Source: Euryarchaeota archaeon UBA558 (lineage in GTDB: Archaea > Thermoplasmatota > Poseidoniia > Poseidoniales > Thalassarchaeaceae). From it: a DNA stretch of 64,000 bases. Below the pieces are notes generated by a model. That model was not told where the DNA came from. It worked only from the letters and a program-made list of their open reading frames with translations, and did no database searches. A program made the position numbers and the translations under genes. Numbering within the stretch: position 1 is the first letter of the stretch; each line of letters opens with the position of its first letter. This document shows, one piece after another, positions 1 to 11,745 of the stretch. The DNA lies in NCBI GenBank assembly GCA_002507175.1, contig DAZE01000017.1, forward strand, positions 68,303 through 132,302, read 5' to 3'.

Positions 1-1299
1 CTTGTTCTCAAGACTATCCGGATTATCAACGAACTCTTCCGAGTTTGCACCTTGAAGGCCTAATTCGTTCCGGCAAAATTCAATAGTTGCTATCTGAAGT
101 CCAAGGCATATTCCCAGATAAGGAACCCTCGACTCCCTTGCGTACCTCGCAGCCTCAATTTTACCCTCAACTCCCCTGTTCCCAAATCCGCCTGGAACTA
201 GAATCCCGTCAGCTAGCTTCAGTGTCTCCCATGCTTTTCTGTGTGCATCTCCATCTGTATGCTTGATAGAGGAATCTAGGTCAGTGGACTCAATCCAGTC
301 AATCACCAGCCTCCGATTTACGGCAATGGATGAATGTTGCAAAGCCTTGATCACGCTGAGGTATGAATCTGAGAGTCCAGTGTATTTCCCAACCATGGCA
401 ATGCGAACCTCTTCCTGAAACTCGTCTACGCGATCTGCCATCTTTCGCCAATCCTCGAGATATTCATCATCTCCTGACATACCTAGACCGATACAATCGG
501 CGATCATTGCCCTGACGCCTTGTTTCTCGAATGATATTGGTATTTGATACAAATTTGAGAGATCATGAGCGGAAATTACTGCCTTAGGTTCTACATGGCA
601 GAAAGCTGCGAGCTTCTGTTTTATTTCTTGCTGGAGTGGTTCTTTGGACCTGCAGACGATTAGATCAGGGGTTATCCCCAGCCCTCTGAGTTCTTTCACA
701 GTATGTTGGGTTGGCTTAGTCTTTTGTTCTCCAACTGGGCCCATGACAGGCACTAGACTCACATGGACAAAACAGACATTTTGCCTCCCAACTCTGAATT
801 GAAACTGCCTCAGAGCCTCAATAAAAGGTGAACTTTCGATATCACCAACGGTGCCACCCAACTCAATTACACAAGCATCAGGAGACTCATTTCCGCCATC
901 TGTTGGAATTGTACTCACTCTCTCAATCCAATCTTGAATTTCGTCTGTTATGTGGGGTATGACTTGGACTGTTTTTCCCAAATAATCTCCCCTTCTTTCC
1001 CTCTCGATAACTGATGAATAGACCTTACCAGTTGTGATGTTGTGATCCTTTGTTAGGGAAACATCGAGGAACCTCTCGTAATTTCCGAGATCAAGATCAA
1101 CCTCCCCCCCGTCATCAAGTACAAACACCTCTCCGTGTTCGAAGGGCGACATGGTTCCAGCATCGCTGTTGAGGTAGGGATCAATTTTGATAGAGGTGAC
1201 CCTTAGTCCCACAGATTTCATCAGTACTCCAATACTGCTGGCAGTAATTCCTTTTCCTAATCCGGAGAGGACGCCCCCCGTCACGATCACATATTTCAT
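1..1299 (-). CDS. pyrG: CTP synthase (3' end runs off the window)
   Basis: Not in the ORF track. Manual translation from ATG 1299 gives [22 protein letters not shown]...[40 protein letters not shown]...[10 protein letters not shown], the CTP synthase signature. Confidence 0.97.
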   Translation of the reverse strand, partial: MKYVIVTGGVLSGLGKGITASSIGVLMKSVGLRVTSIKIDPYLNSDAGTMSPFEHGEVFVLDDGGEVDLDLGNYERFLDVSLTKDHNITTGKVYSSVIERERRGDYLGKTVQVIPHITDEIQDWIERVSTIPTDGGNESPDACVIELGGTVGDIESSPFIEALRQFQFRVGRQNVCFVHVSLVPVMGPVGEQKTKPTQHTVKELRGLGITPDLIVCRSKEPLQQEIKQKLAAFCHVEPKAVISAHDLSNLYQIPISFEKQGVRAMIADCIGLGMSGDDEYLEDWRKMADRVDEFQEEVRIAMVGKYTGLSDSYLSVIKALQHSSIAVNRRLVIDWIESTDLDSSIKHTDGDAHRKAWETLKLADGILVPGGFGNRGVEGKIEAARYARESRVPYLGICLGLQIATIEFCRNELGLQGANSEEFVDNPDSLENK

Positions 1300-1404
1300 G
1301 ACAACAACGGAGTACACATCAATCTCAATTCGCCTATGAACCTTGGCAATGGTTCCACCCTTCTATGATCGGTGTTGAAGTATCGTCTGCGTTTTGGGTA
1401 GTGC

Positions 1405-2343
1405 ATGGCGGACTCGCCCGAGGATCGTATATTGGTGACCGGCGCACTCGGCCAGATCGGATCGGACCTAGTCACCAGACTAAGGAAGGTATATGGTCAG
1501 AACTCTGTCATTGCAACCGATGTCCAAGATCAGGGGGATTTTCCTGCCCCCTTCTTACATCTGGACGTCCTTGATCCTGATAGTCTGCGTCAAATCATAT
1601 CGCACTATTCAATCAGAACGATTTACAATCTGGCTGCGATATTGTCTGCGCATGGGGAAAAGGATCCGGATCTGTGCGAGCGAGTCAATCTAGGTGGCCT
1701 ACAGAATGTATTAGATGCATCAAAAGAATATGGCTGTCGTGTATTTTCGCCTTCATCCATCGCCGTCTTTGGCCCGGATTCAAGGCCAATCGCGAGACAA
1801 GCCTCCTCTCTGAACCCAATCACAATCTACGGTGTGACCAAAAAAAAGGGAGAAGAGATGATGCAAAGGTATTGGGAGAACTATGGTGTAAATGCTAGGG
1901 GCATAAGATATCCTGGACTCCTCTCTTGGAAGACAGTTCCAACGGGTGGCACTACAGATTATGCCGTAGAGGTGTTCAACGAGATACAAGCCAAGGGGGA
2001 ATATACGTTCTATGTGAGGGAAGATACAAGACTACCGATGATGATGATGGATGACGCTATTCGTGCCACACTTATGTTGATGGAAGCCCCTAGTCAAGGA
2101 TTGTCCCAATGGAGAGCAGGGTACAATGTCAGGGGATTGACATTCTCCGCGATCGAGTTGGCTACCATGATTATAGCAAAAAAACCAGGGGTTGAAATGA
2201 GGTATGTCCCGGATGAACGGCAGAGAATTGCAGACTCTTGGCCGGAGGATCTAGATGACTCCCCAGCCAAACAGGAATGGGGATGGAAGTCAACCTACGA
2301 TCTGGAAAAAATGGTAGATGTTATGTTAGCGGGCTTCGCTTAG
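1405..2343 (+). CDS. SDR-type L-threonine 3-dehydrogenase / NAD-dependent epimerase family
   Basis: GALGQIG Rossmann motif, LAAILSA, PSSIAVFG, YGVTK (YxxxK) and GGTTDYAV, all typical of SDR threonine dehydrogenases. Confidence 0.8.
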   Translation: MADSPEDRILVTGALGQIGSDLVTRLRKVYGQNSVIATDVQDQGDFPAPFLHLDVLDPDSLRQIISHYSIRTIYNLAAILSAHGEKDPDLCERVNLGGLQNVLDASKEYGCRVFSPSSIAVFGPDSRPIARQASSLNPITIYGVTKKKGEEMMQRYWENYGVNARGIRYPGLLSWKTVPTGGTTDYAVEVFNEIQAKGEYTFYVREDTRLPMMMMDDAIRATLMLMEAPSQGLSQWRAGYNVRGLTFSAIELATMIIAKKPGVEMRYVPDERQRIADSWPEDLDDSPAKQEWGWKSTYDLEKMVDVMLAGFA

Positions 2344-3965
2344 TCAGTGACTTCTTCCTCATTCCAATCCGGGTGTCCCGGCTCAACCTTGGCCCATAGA
2401 AGGTCATCTATTCTGAGCACGGATATGGCGCCCTCAGTGGCACCTGATAATCCACTTTCAATAACCATCCTTAGGTCCACTATTCCTGCATCGTACAAAT
2501 CAATGAGGCTTCCATTATTGATATCACATCCCATCCATGGGCCCATAGTGGATTGAGCTGCAGACAGCTGAAGTACCCTGTCAACTGGGTCTTGACCGGA
2601 ATTCTCTGCAAGCACTCGAGGAATTGTTTCCAACGCATCTGCGTAGCCCTCAACAGAAAGTTGTCCTCTGTCACTGAGTTTCGTTGACTTCCTCCTCAGT
2701 TGATTGGCCAGATAGCTCCATGTGGACCCTCCTCCGGGTAGCATTGGTGCTGGGCCACTGACTCTCACAGCAACGCCCAATGCATCATCAAAGGTTCGAA
2801 TGATCTCTTCCCGAAGAGCAGCTGATGAACCTCTTGCGACGAGCGTCTTTCCCCGACCTACATCAGACAGTATTGTTAGGTAATTCACCCCAGAAACCTT
2901 CCTTTGACTCCATGAGGTGCAGGACCCTAGTTGATCGACTTCCAGTTCTTGTATGGATCTAGAGATGATTGCTCCTGTCTGTTCAGCCACGCGATTTAGA
3001 TCATCCATGTCAAATCTCCTGAAACAGGTAATCTCAGCCTCTCTGAGGGCATTTTGGGCCATGTAATCTACTCCGTCGCGGAGGATTACGATTCCTACTC
3101 CGAGTGAACTCAATTTGCGCACCATTTTGATGATCTCTTCGCGATTTCTTTGATCAAAGCCGTCCTTGACGCCAATTGAGGAGATCTCCAGTTCTGCATC
3201 GAATTCTAGCTCAGGTACCTCGATTCCTCCGTCGATTACGGCAATCGTGCACGATTCACCTCGGCCGGGCATGGACTGATCCAGTCTTTGTTTCCGCGTC
3301 ACAAAACCGGAAATAAGCTCGGTATCCCCCGCAGCCCCTTCTTCAATGGATATCCTGTTCACGAGCATCCGCTCATCATCCACATGCCCAGCTCCTATTG
3401 ATTCAGAGGCTTCGATTGCGAGTTTGGACACTAATTTTAGCATTGATGAGTTGATTTTCTTTCCAATGCTGGTACCGATTATCTTGTTCAGGTCCGAGGC
3501 TGAGGCTATGGGTTTGGCAAGAGAGGGGAGCTCTTTTCTGCAAATTTCAAGTGATTTTTGATATCCCTTAATTATCGTAGTGGGGTGAAGACCCGATCTG
3601 GTCAGCTCTAACGCATTCCTAAGCAATTCAGCGAGGATAATTATGGTAGTTGTTGTGCCATCCCTGGCCAATTTGTCTTGGTTTTTACTTGTCTCAATGA
3701 CTAATTGAGCGGTTGGGTGTTCTACTTTTGCCGCCTCTAAAACAGTGGCCCCGTCATTCGTGATCATGATTTTCCCATCATCATCGATGAGCATTTTGTC
3801 CATGCCTCGAGGGCCCAGAGTTGACCGTACTGCACCAGAAACTGCGAGCGCAGCTTTCACGTTTCCAACTAAGGCTGCGCGCCCGCTGACCCTATCGGTA
3901 TCTTCCAAAGTAAGGTCATCGTCGGTCGTTGTCACATCCACTGGGAGGGTTGTGGGTGATTTCAA
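2340..3965 (-). CDS. Group II chaperonin (thermosome) subunit, divergent paralog
   Basis: [31 protein letters not shown] and VLRIDD motifs. Confidence 0.93.
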   Translation of the reverse strand: MKSPTTLPVDVTTTDDDLTLEDTDRVSGRAALVGNVKAALAVSGAVRSTLGPRGMDKMLIDDDGKIMITNDGATVLEAAKVEHPTAQLVIETSKNQDKLARDGTTTTIIILAELLRNALELTRSGLHPTTIIKGYQKSLEICRKELPSLAKPIASASDLNKIIGTSIGKKINSSMLKLVSKLAIEASESIGAGHVDDERMLVNRISIEEGAAGDTELISGFVTRKQRLDQSMPGRGESCTIAVIDGGIEVPELEFDAELEISSIGVKDGFDQRNREEIIKMVRKLSSLGVGIVILRDGVDYMAQNALREAEITCFRRFDMDDLNRVAEQTGAIISRSIQELEVDQLGSCTSWSQRKVSGVNYLTILSDVGRGKTLVARGSSAALREEIIRTFDDALGVAVRVSGPAPMLPGGGSTWSYLANQLRRKSTKLSDRGQLSVEGYADALETIPRVLAENSGQDPVDRVLQLSAAQSTMGPWMGCDINNGSLIDLYDAGIVDLRMVIESGLSGATEGAISVLRIDDLLWAKVEPGHPDWNEEEVTD

Positions 3966-4067
3966 TGGATCTCATAGAAGCGAATGTAATGCTCGCCCAT
4001 TTTGTCCGGGGGATTCATATACCACACCCCTCGACCACTATACAACCTGCGGTTAACTAGTGATCAC

Positions 4068-4682
4068 ATGACAGATAAAAACGATGATTGGGAAAGGGAC
4101 ATGATCCGCGAGATGACCAGGGTCTTCGAGCAGATGGGTCTCCCAATTGACATGAGAATGCTCGAAAATATGATGAGTGAACTGGAAAAGCACTTCGAAA
4201 GGATGGGCGTAGACGCCAAGTCGATATCCAATACAGACATTTCCTTCAATGGCAACGGAGACCCAGAGGAAATCAGGAAAAACATAGAGGCCATGATGTC
4301 AGGTCCCGGCGGTTTTGCGGACATGCTCTCGAAGATGGGCTTCGAAGTTTCAGTCAAGTCATCCAAATCAATGAAAGACGAAGATGAGGAAATAAAAGTC
4401 GTCGCCGAGGCGAACGACGATAACAGACTCATGGAAATACCGGAATCAGATTTCGTCCATGAGGACGGTGTAGCCAACGTAACAATAGACATTAGCGCAA
4501 TTCCAGAAGCGGACGATGGCTCGATTGACCTTGGCCTTGCGGACGGTGGCCGCATTATCGAGTTGCTGAGGCACAATCTGCTCAACCCACTGAGAGGCTT
4601 TTCCATCCCATTCGCGGCTTATCGCATAGAGGAATGGAGCCTGAACAATGGCATACTTGACGTGACCCTGAAGATGGAATAA
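4068..4682 (+). CDS. Hypothetical protein with Met-rich N-terminus and C-terminal Hsp20/CS-like beta domain
   Basis: C-terminal WSLNNGILDVTL resembles the alpha-crystallin/Hsp20 'NGVLEV' end; lies directly upstream of dnaK. Start taken at ATG 4068. Confidence 0.55.
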   Translation: MTDKNDDWERDMIREMTRVFEQMGLPIDMRMLENMMSELEKHFERMGVDAKSISNTDISFNGNGDPEEIRKNIEAMMSGPGGFADMLSKMGFEVSVKSSKSMKDEDEEIKVVAEANDDNRLMEIPESDFVHEDGVANVTIDISAIPEADDGSIDLGLADGGRIIELLRHNLLNPLRGFSIPFAAYRIEEWSLNNGILDVTLKME

Positions 4683-4697
4683 AACTGAGATGATAAA

Positions 4698-6572
4698 ATG
4701 AGTACACCAGTTATTGGAATAGATCTAGGCACAACAAACAGCTGTGTAGCCACACTTGAAGGCGGTCAGGCGGTGGTCATCCCCAACTCAGAGGGAGCAA
4801 GAACAACCCCTAGCGTTGTCGCATTCAGTAAGGACGGAGAAAGACACATCGGAATCACAGCAAAGAGGCAGGCTGTCACCAATTCTGACAGGACGACGAT
4901 GTCCGTAAAGAGGGAAATGGGTACTGATTGGTCAACTGATGTCGACGGCACCTCATACACCCCACAGGAAATGTCCGCCTTCATACTCCAGAAATTGAAA
5001 GCAGATGCAGAGGCATACTTGGGCAAGGAAATCACAAAAGCAGTGATTACTTGTCCGGCTTACTTCACTGACGCTCAACGGAAAGCAACCAAGGACGCTG
5101 GCCGAATAGCCGGTTTGGAAGTTCTAAGGATCATCAACGAGCCAACCGCCGCTGCTTTGGCCTATGGAGTCAACAAAGAGGAAGATCAGACAATACTCGT
5201 CTATGACCTTGGCGGAGGTACATTCGACGTTTCCGTGTTGGAAATCTACCAAGTCGACGGCCAACCTCAAATTGAGGTCAAAGCCACGTCAGGCGATAAC
5301 CGACTGGGAGGAGATGACTTCGATGAGGTCATCATTGATTGGATCGTCGAGGAATACAAGAAAGACACTGGAATCGATCTATCCTCTGACGCACAAGCCA
5401 TGAGCAGGCTTAGGGAAACTGCAGAAAAGGCGAAAATCGAACTTTCTGGATCCGGATCTTCTCAAATAAACCTGCCATTCATAACCAGCAGGGACGGACA
5501 ACCAGAACACCTAGACATGAGCCTTTCAAGGTCTAAGTTCGAGGAACTAGTTGAACCACTCATCTCCAAGACCCTCGCTCCTACCAGACGGGCAATGAAA
5601 GACGCCGGCCTGTCCAAGGGCGAAGTTGACAAGGTTATTCTTGTTGGTGGATCAACAAGGGTTCCAGCGGTCCAAACAGCAATCGAGAAAGAAGTTGGTA
5701 AGGCTCCCTTCAAGGGAGTCAACCCGGATGAGGCAGTCGCAATGGGAGCCGCATTACAAGCAGGGATAATTGTCGGAGACTCAGGCGTTACCGATGTCCT
5801 TCTTTTGGATGTCACACCTCTAACCTTGGGAATAGAAACCCTGGGCGGTGTTATGACAACGATGATTGAGAGGAACACCACTATTCCAAGCAAAAGATCC
5901 GAGACATTTTCAACAGCAGCCGACAACCAACCAGCGGTAGAAGTCCATGTCCTTCAAGGAGAGAGGCAGTTTGCCAAGGATAACATAACCCTTGGAAAAT
6001 TCCACCTTACCGGAATCCCTCCCGCACCGAGAGGAATACCTCAAATCGAAGTCACTTTTGACATAGACGCCAACGGAATCGTGAACGTATCAGCCAAGGA
6101 TCTCGGAACTGGCAAGGAACAGAAAATAACGATTGAAAGCCAGACATCCCTAAGTGAAGATGAGATAAAAGCGAAGATCGCTGAAGCCGAGGAGTTCGCA
6201 GAGGAAGATCGAAAGCGGAAAGCGAGGGTGGAGTTGAAGAATCAGGCAGAGAGCATCGTCTATCAGACAAGGAAGACGATAGAAGACGCAGGTGATAAAC
6301 TCGATGAATCAGATACAGCGCCGGTCCTTGAGAAACTTGATGAGGTTGAAGCACTGATAACTATTGACGGTAATCCCATCGACGCAGACGACATAGATGA
6401 GGCGGCAGTTCAATCTAAGATTGGGGAATTGGAGTCATTAATGCAAGCCATGTCAGTGAAGCTCTACGAGGCAGCTGCCAAGGACATGCAAGAAGACCAA
6501 GAAAAGGATGACGATGAAGGCGTCTATGAAGCGGATTTTGAGGTTGTAGATGACGATGAGTCCACTAACTAG
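4698..6572 (+). CDS. dnaK: Molecular chaperone DnaK (Hsp70)
   Basis: [38 protein letters not shown] and [18 protein letters not shown]. Confidence 0.99.
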   Translation: MSTPVIGIDLGTTNSCVATLEGGQAVVIPNSEGARTTPSVVAFSKDGERHIGITAKRQAVTNSDRTTMSVKREMGTDWSTDVDGTSYTPQEMSAFILQKLKADAEAYLGKEITKAVITCPAYFTDAQRKATKDAGRIAGLEVLRIINEPTAAALAYGVNKEEDQTILVYDLGGGTFDVSVLEIYQVDGQPQIEVKATSGDNRLGGDDFDEVIIDWIVEEYKKDTGIDLSSDAQAMSRLRETAEKAKIELSGSGSSQINLPFITSRDGQPEHLDMSLSRSKFEELVEPLISKTLAPTRRAMKDAGLSKGEVDKVILVGGSTRVPAVQTAIEKEVGKAPFKGVNPDEAVAMGAALQAGIIVGDSGVTDVLLLDVTPLTLGIETLGGVMTTMIERNTTIPSKRSETFSTAADNQPAVEVHVLQGERQFAKDNITLGKFHLTGIPPAPRGIPQIEVTFDIDANGIVNVSAKDLGTGKEQKITIESQTSLSEDEIKAKIAEAEEFAEEDRKRKARVELKNQAESIVYQTRKTIEDAGDKLDESDTAPVLEKLDEVEALITIDGNPIDADDIDEAAVQSKIGELESLMQAMSVKLYEAAAKDMQEDQEKDDDEGVYEADFEVVDDDESTN

Positions 6573-7536
6573 TGCTGCGGTTTGATCTCCATAATAGGAA
6601 TGGAATGATCACCAGATACATCACAACCCCATAGACGCCTGAGGGGAGGCTCAGCAATGATAATGATGCTCCTGCCTCGGGGGCCATGATCAATCCACCA
6701 ATGGTAATTCCAACCGTAGCGTTTTGTATGCCACTCTCTATCGATACTGTGAGAGATTGCTCCTCATTGAGGTCAAAATAATTGGAACTCCCGAGACCAA
6801 TGGCTAGCATCATCACATTCAAGATAAACACAGCAGGACCCAATGAGGACATGTTGTCGACGAGCGTATCAAACTCACTCGCTATCGCTGCAAAGACAAT
6901 TACAACAAACAGCAATGAGGCAATATTGTTGCCGATCTTTTCCATCTTGTCTGCAGAGTTCTTCAAAAAGTGCCTTACAATCATCCCCGAGACGACTGGA
7001 ACTGTGGTCAGTAGAAACATTGTGAGCCCTAGACTCAGTATTCCGATGTTTGGAGCATCAGATCCCATAAAATGAGACATGGACATCCCAACAATGATTG
7101 GTAATGTCAGTACTGAAACTAAACTGACCACTGCTGTATACGATATAGACAGTGCGGTATCTCCTCCCGATATTCTAGAAATAATATTCGATGTGACCCC
7201 TCCGGGACAGCAGGCGAGAATCATCAATCCCACAGCCATTTCTCCTGTAAGCTCGAGTCCGTGTGAAATGGTGAATGCGACTATCGGAAGCAATACCATC
7301 TGATTTGTCAAGCCAACTGCGAATGCTTTCGGATTATCTAATATGGAAGAAAAATCTGAAACTTTTAGCCCGATCCCTAGTGAGAACATGATATACGCAA
7401 GGGCTATTGGTAGTACGACATTGATGACAAAATTTCCTTCATCCGAATCATTTGACTCCGTTTGAGCAACTCCGATTGATGCTGATAGTACAAATATGAC
7501 AGTCATGGCAAGGACCATCACTCCATGTCGCCGCAT
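6565..7536 (-). CDS. Bile acid:sodium symporter (BASS) family transporter
   Basis: [22 protein letters not shown] and ESGIQN motifs; many TM helices. Start uncertain. Confidence 0.9.
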   Translation of the reverse strand: MRRHGVMVLAMTVIFVLSASIGVAQTESNDSDEGNFVINVVLPIALAYIMFSLGIGLKVSDFSSILDNPKAFAVGLTNQMVLLPIVAFTISHGLELTGEMAVGLMILACCPGGVTSNIISRISGGDTALSISYTAVVSLVSVLTLPIIVGMSMSHFMGSDAPNIGILSLGLTMFLLTTVPVVSGMIVRHFLKNSADKMEKIGNNIASLLFVVIVFAAIASEFDTLVDNMSSLGPAVFILNVMMLAIGLGSSNYFDLNEEQSLTVSIESGIQNATVGITIGGLIMAPEAGASLSLLSLPSGVYGVVMYLVIIPFLLWRSNRSTS

Positions 7537-7616
7537 GTACTTTCGATGAGGCTTTGAGCGTATAGAGCAATCCCAAAAATCTGCCAAATCGGATGAAAGG
7601 CACCCATGCATCGCGG

Positions 7617-9146
7617 TCATTCATGGTTTTGAGTGATAAGATGATACAGGGTTCTAACATGGACTCCCGAGGTTCCGTGTTTGAAGAAGGGGTTCTCACG
7701 TTCTGTCCCAGCCTTGGAGCCTGGGCCCCATGCAGTCCCAGCGATGTCCAAGTGAACCCATGGTAATTTCTCAGCACCTTCTTCGTAGTTTCTCGTTGGA
7801 ACGAAGAACTCGAGGAATGCAGCTGCTCCATTTGAGGAACCTGCCCTTCCGCCGCTCGAACCATTCCTTATGTCGGCAAATGGTGTATCCGTCATATATC
7901 TCCTGAACTGGTCATTGAGTGGCATCCTCCACATCGGTTCTCCACATGCCTCTGCTGATCTTTCTAGTCTCCCTGCAAGAAGTTCGTCATTACTCCACAT
8001 TCCCGTAATTTGATTACCTAGCGCGACAACAATAGCGCCAGTGAGTGTGGCTAGGTCAACTATGTATTCCGGGTCAAATTCGCCTGCTTTCCACAAACCA
8101 TCAGCTAAAACATTTCTTCCCTCTGCGTCTGTACTGTAGACCTCGACGGTCTTACCAGAGTACGTCTTGAAAACATCACCGGGACGATAAGAACCCGATC
8201 CGGGCATGTTTTCAGCCAAACACGCGATTCCATTGACTCTACCATTGTACCCAGTGGCATGAAGAGCCTGCATAAGCCCGAAAACGGTAGCTGCACCACA
8301 CATGTCATACTTCATGTCCCACATGCCTTGGGTCGGTTTGATGGAGATCCCGCCGGTATCAAACGTGATGCCCTTCCCGACTACACAAGGCCTCCTAACA
8401 CCCTTGTCCTGGTCCGGATTCAATGTGAAAAGGACCATGCAGGGTTTCCTATCGCTTCCTTTGCCTACGTTTATGAGTCCTCCCATCCCTAATTCTACGA
8501 GTTTATCCCAATCGTAAACCTCGACCTTGACATTGGGCTTCGACTCGGCCCAGGACAAGGCTCTGTTTGCGTATTCCATGGGGTAAAGGACATTTGCTGG
8601 CTCATTGCCCAAATCTCTGGAGAGATGCACTCCACTAATGACCGCCTGAGACAGTTTCAATTTCTCAGAGACATATTGAATGTGTCTATCTGCAACTTGG
8701 AATTCGAATCTCCAGTCGTCTGGTATGTAATCCGACCCCACATCTTGATGCTCTACAAAATCATAATCCCTCAAGAACAACCCCTCAGCAAATGCAGATA
8801 TTGTGTCGACACTCCACCCAGTCAGCATCCTGATGGTCATGGAGACACCATCTTTCTTGCTTATAGAGGACATAAACCTGGCCCCGAGCGTCCTGGCTGA
8901 ATTAGGATCGAACTCTTCTTTCGGACCCAACCTGAGAAGATGGATCCTGCACTCTGGAGTCCAGATGTTTAGGCTAGACCCCTTTTTCTGATCAAAACTA
9001 TCCGAGGATATGGCTTCCTTGATTAGCTTTGATTGACTTCTATTTAGGCCAACGGTGGCTTTGTTTGGGAGCCTAATTTGATTTTCAAAGAGAGTAATTA
9101 GTAGCTGATCTCCAATCTCTCCATAGTCTCTGCAGTTGACGCTCAT
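7617..9146 (-). CDS. pepA: Leucyl aminopeptidase (M17)
   Basis: VGKGITFDTGG, MKYDMCG, TDAEGR, DLATLTGA and HLDIAG. Confidence 0.95.
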   Translation of the reverse strand: MSVNCRDYGEIGDQLLITLFENQIRLPNKATVGLNRSQSKLIKEAISSDSFDQKKGSSLNIWTPECRIHLLRLGPKEEFDPNSARTLGARFMSSISKKDGVSMTIRMLTGWSVDTISAFAEGLFLRDYDFVEHQDVGSDYIPDDWRFEFQVADRHIQYVSEKLKLSQAVISGVHLSRDLGNEPANVLYPMEYANRALSWAESKPNVKVEVYDWDKLVELGMGGLINVGKGSDRKPCMVLFTLNPDQDKGVRRPCVVGKGITFDTGGISIKPTQGMWDMKYDMCGAATVFGLMQALHATGYNGRVNGIACLAENMPGSGSYRPGDVFKTYSGKTVEVYSTDAEGRNVLADGLWKAGEFDPEYIVDLATLTGAIVVALGNQITGMWSNDELLAGRLERSAEACGEPMWRMPLNDQFRRYMTDTPFADIRNGSSGGRAGSSNGAAAFLEFFVPTRNYEEGAEKLPWVHLDIAGTAWGPGSKAGTERENPFFKHGTSGVHVRTLYHLITQNHE

Positions 9147-9218
9147 GACCCTTGTAGGTCAGAACTCTTTTTCAATCGATGGTTCCTTTTCCCGATGCTG
9201 GCTGGGTGATTCATTCTG

Positions 9219-9425
9219 TCACTTGAGGTCAAACCCTGTGGATTGCACAATTTCCATAATATCATGCGCAGTCACTGAGTCATCTGCATGAATTATTGCT
9301 CGACCATATTCATGATCCACTTCAGCGGAGATAATACCTGCTTTCCCCATAAATACCCTTTCAAGCCTAGCAGAGCAACCGCCACATGTCATCCCGACAA
9401 CCTCTATTACATGCTCTGTTGCCAT
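9219..9425 (-). CDS. copZ: Copper chaperone (HMA domain)
   Basis: 68 aa with GMTCGGC metal-binding motif; directly downstream of the P1B ATPase. Confidence 0.9.
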   Translation of the reverse strand: MATEHVIEVVGMTCGGCSARLERVFMGKAGIISAEVDHEYGRAIIHADDSVTAHDIMEIVQSTGFDLK

Positions 9426-9429
9426 GACC

Positions 9430-11745
9430 CTAGATAGGAATATTCGCTTTTCTAATGTTGCTTGAGTCTAAGTCCACGGGCCTCCATCTTGTCAATAGAA
9501 GGGAATTCAGCACCACGCTAACCGATGACAAGGCCATCGCTGCAGCCGCAAAGGCAGGGGGAAGGAGCAAACCTGTCCATGGATAAACAACCCCCATTGC
9601 CATCGGAATACCCAGAATGTTGTAGAGAAATGCCCAAACAAGATTACTTCTTATTTTGTTCATAGTGGCCCGACTTAATTGTATAACAGACAAAACATGG
9701 GATAAATCATCACCTACCAATACGATATCTGCACAATCCAGAGCGACCTCACTCCCAGCCCCCATGGCAATACCTACGTCTGCGACAGTCAACGCAGCAG
9801 CATCGTTGATCCCATCACCGATCATTGTCACCACACCCTCGAGTTGAAGTCGGCGTACAGCCTCAGCCTTCTCCTCGGGCTTGACACCTGATATGACTCT
9901 CCTTATTCCGACTTCTGAGGCAACGAAATGAGCCACTTCGTGCCTATCTCCCGTCAACATAATCACATCGATGCCCATGGCTTGCATTTTTGCTATTGCT
10001 GATGGCGAATTATTCCGAATTGTATCACGGATTTCTATCAATCCAATCAAATTTCTATCCCTAGAAACAAGAATCACGTTCGAACCCGAGGCACTCTTCT
10101 CTGAAATCTCTGCCTCCACTTCAGGAGGAATGCTCATGATCATGCTCCGAATCAGGTCTAGACTCCCTACCGCAACCTCAAGTCCTTCGATTTCGCCAGT
10201 CAATCCTGAACCAATCAAAGTCTTCACGTCAATAGCTTTTGGAGCCTCAACACCCATTGATTTCCAAGCATCATTTACAGCACTTGCAAGTGGATGACTG
10301 GACTCACTCTCCAGAGCAGCAGCCACGCGCAGGGCCTCCCCAGGATTCCCACCAAGTTCCCGAACTTCGATCACGCAAGGCTTTCCCTCTGTGATGGTCC
10401 CTGTTTTGTCCAACACCACGATCTCACTTTTGTAGGACGACTCTAATGCTTTTATTCCCTTGATCAAGAGCCCATTTCGCGCTCCAACCCCCGTGCCAAC
10501 GACTAGTGCCGTCGGAGTGGCTAGCCCCAATGCACAGGGACATGCAATGACCAACGTACTAACAAGGGCCATCACAGCCATCTCACTCGAGGTCATGTCA
10601 CCTCCAACGTCTCTCAAAAACGAATCTCCAATCATCAGCCAAAACAGGAACGCCGAGAGAGATAATGCCAATACTGTAGGGACAAAAATCTTAGCGACCC
10701 TATCAACGAGCCTCTGAATCGGTGCCTTCCCCATCTGCGCCTCTTCAACCAAACGAATAATATTCGACAACGCGGTATCACCCACCAAAGAAGTAGTCTG
10801 AACAACAATTGTTGTGTCTAGAACAGTCGTACCGGCAAAGACCACGTCTCCAGCTTTCTTGTGGCTTGGAAGTGATTCGCCAGTCATCATGGACTCATCA
10901 ATACTTCCGAACCCTTGTTGAATAAATCCATCCAAGGGTATTATCCCGCCTGCGATAACCTTCACCAATGACCCCTTCTCAACGTTTTCAATAGACATTG
11001 GTGCCAGATCGTCCCCAATGACTACCTGCACTTCAGTCGGTTGCAATCTCATTAGGTTATGAACTGCGTCCGTAGCCTTGAGTTTCGCACGACCCTCGAG
11101 GAAATTTCCCAGAAGTACGAAAGAGATGATGAAGGCAGCACCATCAAAAAATACATGATCTGATGAGCGTATGAAATCAGGAATTATGGGTATTAGAGGC
11201 CCCAAAACGACAGAACAAGACCAAAGCATTGCGACTGAAGTACCAAGGTGAATTAGAACGTTCATGTTTCCAGACGCCCTCAAAATCGATTTCCATGCGT
11301 TTTTGTGGAAGGTTGCTCCTGAGACAAAGTAAACCGGCAAAGATGCCAACATAGCCAAGAACAGCCGTAAGTCCAGTGATCCAACTCTACCCATGTCTGG
11401 GGCGACCATTGACAAAAAAAACACGGGCAAGGTCAGTGTAAATGAGAGAACTACTTGGTGATATTTTCTTTTCAACTCGAGCTCATTATTTTCCCTGACT
11501 CTGGATGCTGGAAGTATCTCGACGGCTCCAAAACCGGCCTTCTCGACCACTTCAATGCAATTTTGGACCGTCTCCGAAGACACCTCCCCTTTAATTGAAA
11601 TGACAGCCTTTTCCAAGGGCAGATTCACGCTAACGGATTCCACAAAATCAATGCTGCTCAAAACACGCTCCACAGAGGAAACACATGCAGCACACGTCAT
11701 CCCGGTCACACTCAGCGACAGATCATTCGAGTTCAACTCAATCAC
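9430..11745 (-). CDS. copA: Cu(I)-translocating P1B-type ATPase
   Basis: N-terminal GMTCAAC, TGES, CPC, DKTGT, HP, GDGIND, YN and MxxSS motifs. GTG start overlaps the upstream TGA. Confidence 0.95.
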   Translation of the reverse strand: MIELNSNDLSLSVTGMTCAACVSSVERVLSSIDFVESVSVNLPLEKAVISIKGEVSSETVQNCIEVVEKAGFGAVEILPASRVRENNELELKRKYHQVVLSFTLTLPVFFLSMVAPDMGRVGSLDLRLFLAMLASLPVYFVSGATFHKNAWKSILRASGNMNVLIHLGTSVAMLWSCSVVLGPLIPIIPDFIRSSDHVFFDGAAFIISFVLLGNFLEGRAKLKATDAVHNLMRLQPTEVQVVIGDDLAPMSIENVEKGSLVKVIAGGIIPLDGFIQQGFGSIDESMMTGESLPSHKKAGDVVFAGTTVLDTTIVVQTTSLVGDTALSNIIRLVEEAQMGKAPIQRLVDRVAKIFVPTVLALSLSAFLFWLMIGDSFLRDVGGDMTSSEMAVMALVSTLVIACPCALGLATPTALVVGTGVGARNGLLIKGIKALESSYKSEIVVLDKTGTITEGKPCVIEVRELGGNPGEALRVAAALESESSHPLASAVNDAWKSMGVEAPKAIDVKTLIGSGLTGEIEGLEVAVGSLDLIRSMIMSIPPEVEAEISEKSASGSNVILVSRDRNLIGLIEIRDTIRNNSPSAIAKMQAMGIDVIMLTGDRHEVAHFVASEVGIRRVISGVKPEEKAEAVRRLQLEGVVTMIGDGINDAAALTVADVGIAMGAGSEVALDCADIVLVGDDLSHVLSVIQLSRATMNKIRSNLVWAFLYNILGIPMAMGVVYPWTGLLLPPAFAAAAMALSSVSVVLNSLLLTRWRPVDLDSSNIRKANIPI

